A stretch of 50,029 nucleotides of DNA, from positions 1 through 50,029 of the IMG/VR virus record IMGVR_UViG_3300016471_000329; one strand, given 5' to 3'. The stretch is from a virus (Duplodnaviria > Caudoviricetes). Of the stretch, positions 46,196-50,029 are shown piece by piece. The position numbers and the translations under genes are program-made. The first letter of the stretch is position 1, and each line of letters starts with the position of its first letter. The notes under the pieces are model-generated. The model saw nothing but the letters and a program-made list of their open reading frames with translations. It was not told the origin of the DNA and ran no database searches.

Positions 46196-48160
46196 CTACT
46201 GGCGGATCATGAATTTATTGGTCGGAACATATAAAAACTCAGTGCCGACGGGAAGCGCTTGTGCTTGCTCAACGGTTGACACCCTAACAGGAAGCCCAAC
46301 CATTCGACGGATACGACGCACCTCGCCTATCTTTTGCTCGGCTTCTTGCCGACGAGGCGCGCCAATCTTTTCTTCGTTTGCTTTCTTAACCGACGCCTCT
46401 TCAATGCCAGCAAGCACATTGTCCAAAGCAATCAATCGATTTTGGAAGGCTTCAGGACGGTCAATAAACCGAGGCAAAACACTTAGTTTTTCCTGAATGT
46501 CTTCGCGTTCGGCATTCGCCATACGCGTGGTTTCCTGCAAGGCCTTGACCATTTGCGTCACTGAATTATTGATCTCAGTCACTGACTGTTCATACTTAGG
46601 ATCCACCATGCCTCCAACCAAAGGCACGCGTGCAACACCTGCACGAAGCAGATTCAAGGGGCCAGTACCTGTGCTTGCCAAACGATAAAGGCTTGTTGGC
46701 GTGGCTTGAGCCTCGGCCTGAGGCGGTGCGGGCGCAGTAGATGCAGTGACTCCGGTAGTTGCAGGCGCAGCGGCTCCAGGAGTCGTCGTTCCAGCAGGAG
46801 CTTGAGCCGTGGGCCTTGATCCAAGGGCCTTGGACCGTGCATCGATGGCCTGTCTCAAATAATCGGGAAGTTCATTACGTACCGTTCGCGTAACCGGACG
46901 ATCCGTTTGTGGGTCAATGTACTGCTCAATCTTGGGTTGTGTGTAATTCTTAATTGCAAAATCGAGTTGAAGAATTTCCGGAGTCTGAACCCCTGTTGCG
47001 TACAAATCCACTAGGGGTTTATTTGTCATAAGCTCGTTCATCAGAGCTGGCGTGAGACCAGTGCTCTTTTTGGGAGCATTGGCTTTCATCGCAGCAATCG
47101 CTTCTGCGGTCTCGCCCCTGAAGATATCGCGACCGATCTGCGCTTTGAGCGCTTCACGCTTGAGATCTGCGGCGCGCTCTGATTCACGTTCCTTCTCAGC
47201 CGCCTGAAGACCCAGCAACTTAATCTGCTGCGTCATCTTCTCAGCTTCCGAAGCACGCGCACCAATCTGCGCCGGAAGCTGGCTGGCAGCACCCGCAATG
47301 CGAGACGCAAGAGAGCCCCGCATCGGCTGCCCTGTGCGTGGATCCACATTTCCGGCCAGTGCAAGTCCTGCTCCTGCAATGTCAAAAAGCATTTGCGCCT
47401 GAGTCAAGCTCTTGTCTTGCCCAAGCAGCCCTTGATAAAGCTTGGTTGCATCTGCAATCCGCGTTTCCATGGTCCGCGTAGAGGGCTTAGTGGGTGCAAG
47501 AGCTGCAAGCAAAGCATTCTTTGCCGCTTCACGTTGTGCGGGGTTTAACAGGCGGGACGAAATGCCGACGTCTGCTGTCGCCGTACTTGCAGATGGTTGG
47601 CTGTCTTCGGCTTCGACACCATCTTCATCGGAGCCTACTTGAAAATTTTGGACTACAGGCCCTCCCCTGGCCATGCCCATGGGCAGTGAGCCAATGCCCG
47701 CTGCTTCTGGAGGCGGAGGAGCGGCCCCTGGAGGCATGCCTGGACCGGCAGGCCCAGCCATTGGCGGTGGCGGGGGAGGAGGACCGGCAGGCCCAGCCAT
47801 TGGCGGGGGTGCAGCTCCAGGGGCCATGGCCGGTAAGGCAGCGATGCCCTGCTGCTCGGCAGCCAACACAGGCTGCAAGAGCGCAAGCACTTCAGGTGGC
47901 GTTTGCTGAGCAGCATCGTAGCCGACCATATCAGCAAGTTCCTCGAACCGCGCATCCACTGAACGCACGTCGCCACGCAAGTTATTCATCAAAATCTCAG
48001 GTGAATCAGGACGACGGTCCATGAGCTTGCCCATGTCGGACTCATCGTCGTCCTCGCCCATGTCATCATCTTCGCCCATCAAAATGGACATAATCCCGAC
48101 CTCGTCGGGATCCATCTTGCCGCCCTTAAACAGGGGTCGGTCCAATACTTTTGACTTCAT
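46196..48160 (-). CDS. internal virion/ejection-type protein
   Basis: VLDRPLF N-terminus, Pro-rich linker, MARGG motif, coiled coils. Confidence 0.55.
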   Translation of the reverse strand: MKSKVLDRPLFKGGKMDPDEVGIMSILMGEDDDMGEDDDESDMGKLMDRRPDSPEILMNNLRGDVRSVDARFEELADMVGYDAAQQTPPEVLALLQPVLAAEQQGIAALPAMAPGAAPPPMAGPAGPPPPPPPMAGPAGPGMPPGAAPPPPEAAGIGSLPMGMARGGPVVQNFQVGSDEDGVEAEDSQPSASTATADVGISSRLLNPAQREAAKNALLAALAPTKPSTRTMETRIADATKLYQGLLGQDKSLTQAQMLFDIAGAGLALAGNVDPRTGQPMRGSLASRIAGAASQLPAQIGARASEAEKMTQQIKLLGLQAAEKERESERAADLKREALKAQIGRDIFRGETAEAIAAMKANAPKKSTGLTPALMNELMTNKPLVDLYATGVQTPEILQLDFAIKNYTQPKIEQYIDPQTDRPVTRTVRNELPDYLRQAIDARSKALGSRPTAQAPAGTTTPGAAAPATTGVTASTAPAPPQAEAQATPTSLYRLASTGTGPLNLLRAGVARVPLVGGMVDPKYEQSVTEINNSVTQMVKALQETTRMANAEREDIQEKLSVLPRFIDRPEAFQNRLIALDNVLAGIEEASVKKANEEKIGAPRRQEAEQKIGEVRRIRRMVGLPVRVSTVEQAQALPVGTEFLYVPTNKFMIRQ

Positions 48161-48169
48161 CGCGGCTCC

Positions 48170-50029
48170 TTAGCCAAAAAGTCCTGCGCGTTGTGCGCCT
48201 GAAGCAGCACCAAGTCCTGCAATCCCAAGGCCCAAGGCTGTCTGCAAGGGGCTAGCGGTGGGTGCAGTCTGCGAGGTCAACGCCATCTGCGTGGTCGGTG
48301 CGCCTCGGTAGATGTCCGACACAAAGCCCAACTGCTGGAAGGGCAGCATGGCTTCTTGCGTTTGCGTGGCGCGAATCGCATCGAGTTGCGCCTGGGCGTT
48401 TTGCTGCTCAAGACTACCGATGCCTGCCATGAGTTGCACGTCTGCCGATCCAAGGCCTTGCATGGTCTGGCCCAACGCGCCTTGCTGCACACCGAGTTGA
48501 CCCATCTGTCCGCCAAGGCTACCGAGCATCCCTGCACGCTGCATTTCCAACCCACCCTGTTGAGCGCCAAGTTGACCTATTTGTGCGCCCAGACTGCCAA
48601 GCATGCCCGCACGCTGCATTTCAAGGCCTCCTTGTTGCGCAGCAAGTCCTCCAATACCTTGACCAAGCTGACCGTAGAGCCCCGCCTCTTGCCCTGCTAG
48701 TTGTCCCTGGAGCGCGGTCCCTGCCTGACCAAGCTGTGCTCCTTGGAAGGCTTGCGCTGCGGATTGCCCTGCCAACTGGCCTTGAAGACTTGCTTGTTGG
48801 GAGCGTAAGGCACCTGCCTGCGTGCCTAGTTGACCATACAAACCAGCCTGTTGACCAACAATACCTGCCTGGATCTGGGCAAGTTGACCTGGAAGCAGTC
48901 CTAGTTGCGCTTCTTGCGCAGCCAAAGCTCCCTCAAGTTGTGATCCCGCCTGTCCCATCTGGGCTTGCTGGAAAGCTTGTTGACCATACAATCCGCCAAT
49001 CCCCTGAAGCATAGCTGCTTGTTGTAAGCCAGACGCTTGCCCCAGTTGCTGCATTTGAGCTAACTGATTAGCGGTTTGCGCGTCAAACCCTGCCTGCTGA
49101 AAACGCTGTTGAGCGGCTTGAAGGCCTAATTGTGCCCCTGTTAATCCATACTGGCCCTTGAGCGCCTGCGTGGCCAAACCAGCTTGCTGTTGGAATTGTG
49201 CATTTTGCTGTGCCGTGGCCATTTCAGTTTGCTGATTGGCTAATGCTGCCTGAAGCGCCGCCTGCTGATTCATACCAGAGGCCTGTAAACGGTTAGCCTC
49301 GTTCTGCACTCGCGCCTGCTGTTCAGCATTGAGATTAGCTAAAGAGGTCTGAAGTCCCGCTTGCGTACCGAGTTCTTGTACTCCCAAACGAGCCGCGAGG
49401 TTTTGCTGACCAACAGTCAGGCCAGCCTGTTGGTTGGCCAAGGCCGCCTGCATCGCCTGCTCGGCAGTCATGCCTTGAGCTTGAAGTTGTGCAGCTTGGT
49501 TTTGGACATTGGCCTGCTGCTGCGAGGACAAGTTCGCCAACGCGGTTTGAAGACCGGTCTGCGCGCCAAGTTGCTGGGTCCCAAGCAGGGAAGCCAAGTT
49601 CTGTTGGCCGACAGTCAGGCCTGCTTGCTGATTCGACAAAGCCGCTTGAAGGGCCGCTTGTTGGTTCATCCCGGACGCCTGCAAGCGGTTGGCTTCTTGC
49701 TGCACCCGCGCCTGCTGATCGGCCGACAAGTTCGCCAACGCAGTTTGAAGACCCGTTTGCGTGCCCAACTCTTGCACGCCCAACCGAGCGGCGAGGTTTT
49801 GTTGCCCAACCGTAAGCCCGGCCTGCTGATTCGACAAAGCCGCTTGAAGGGCCGCTTGTTGGTTCATCCCGGACGCCTGCAAGCGGTTGGCTTCTTGCTG
49901 CACCCGCGCCTGCTGATCGGCCGACAAGTTCGCCAACGCAGTTTGAAGACCCGTTTGCGTGCCCAACTCTTGCACGCCCAACCGAGCGGCGAGGTTTTGT
50001 TGCCCAACCGTAAGCCCGGCCTGCTGATT
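48170..50029 (-). CDS. Gln/Ala/Gly-rich repeat protein (putative DNA ejection/pilot protein), 5' end outside window
   Basis: open frame to window edge; 66-aa and 25-aa repeats; C-terminal PFQQLGFVSDIYRGAP...hydrophobic Gly-rich tail. Confidence 0.65.
   Translation of the reverse strand, partial: NQQAGLTVGQQNLAARLGVQELGTQTGLQTALANLSADQQARVQQEANRLQASGMNQQAALQAALSNQQAGLTVGQQNLAARLGVQELGTQTGLQTALANLSADQQARVQQEANRLQASGMNQQAALQAALSNQQAGLTVGQQNLASLLGTQQLGAQTGLQTALANLSSQQQANVQNQAAQLQAQGMTAEQAMQAALANQQAGLTVGQQNLAARLGVQELGTQAGLQTSLANLNAEQQARVQNEANRLQASGMNQQAALQAALANQQTEMATAQQNAQFQQQAGLATQALKGQYGLTGAQLGLQAAQQRFQQAGFDAQTANQLAQMQQLGQASGLQQAAMLQGIGGLYGQQAFQQAQMGQAGSQLEGALAAQEAQLGLLPGQLAQIQAGIVGQQAGLYGQLGTQAGALRSQQASLQGQLAGQSAAQAFQGAQLGQAGTALQGQLAGQEAGLYGQLGQGIGGLAAQQGGLEMQRAGMLGSLGAQIGQLGAQQGGLEMQRAGMLGSLGGQMGQLGVQQGALGQTMQGLGSADVQLMAGIGSLEQQNAQAQLDAIRATQTQEAMLPFQQLGFVSDIYRGAPTTQMALTSQTAPTASPLQTALGLGIAGLGAASGAQRAGLFG
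49620..50029. repeat. 198-bp near-exact tandem repeat (66 aa)
   Basis: sequence starting 49681 recurs at 49879; diverged copies continue down to about 49230. Confidence 0.9.

Overview
About 50 kb of a tailed dsDNA bacteriophage genome (probably most of it; podovirus-like layout; no RNA polymerase, integrase or recognisable lysin in the window). Almost all genes are on the minus strand. From left to right: tail/fibre and adaptor genes (1-7.9 kb); small Lys-rich virion-associated genes; a free-standing GIY-YIG endonuclease; major capsid, scaffold, GroES and portal; TerL with a class 3 LAGLIDADG intein; a compositionally odd GGGCCC-rich accessory cassette; TerS; an AT-rich iteron region (candidate origin); many small accessory ORFs; and a replication module (family A polymerase, UvrD-like helicase, HNH endonuclease, primase, SSB-like protein). 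A plus-strand SNF2 helicase and exonuclease follow, then large Q/A/G-rich internal virion/ejection-type proteins running off the right edge. Top observations: (1) the UvrD-like helicase has a 6-nt TAG-containing insertion inside its Walker A codons, directly downstream of an HNH endonuclease, which suggests a minimal homing endonuclease plus ribosomal hop cassette like T4 mobA/gene 60; (2) a non-structural DUF6378-like protein carries a 21-aa copy of the major capsid N-terminus that has diverged mostly at synonymous sites; (3) a recurrent [FYML]-x-x-GG motif across virion proteins; (4) a perfect parS site; (5) several candidate structured RNA leaders. All functional calls come from motif recognition by eye; no searches were run.
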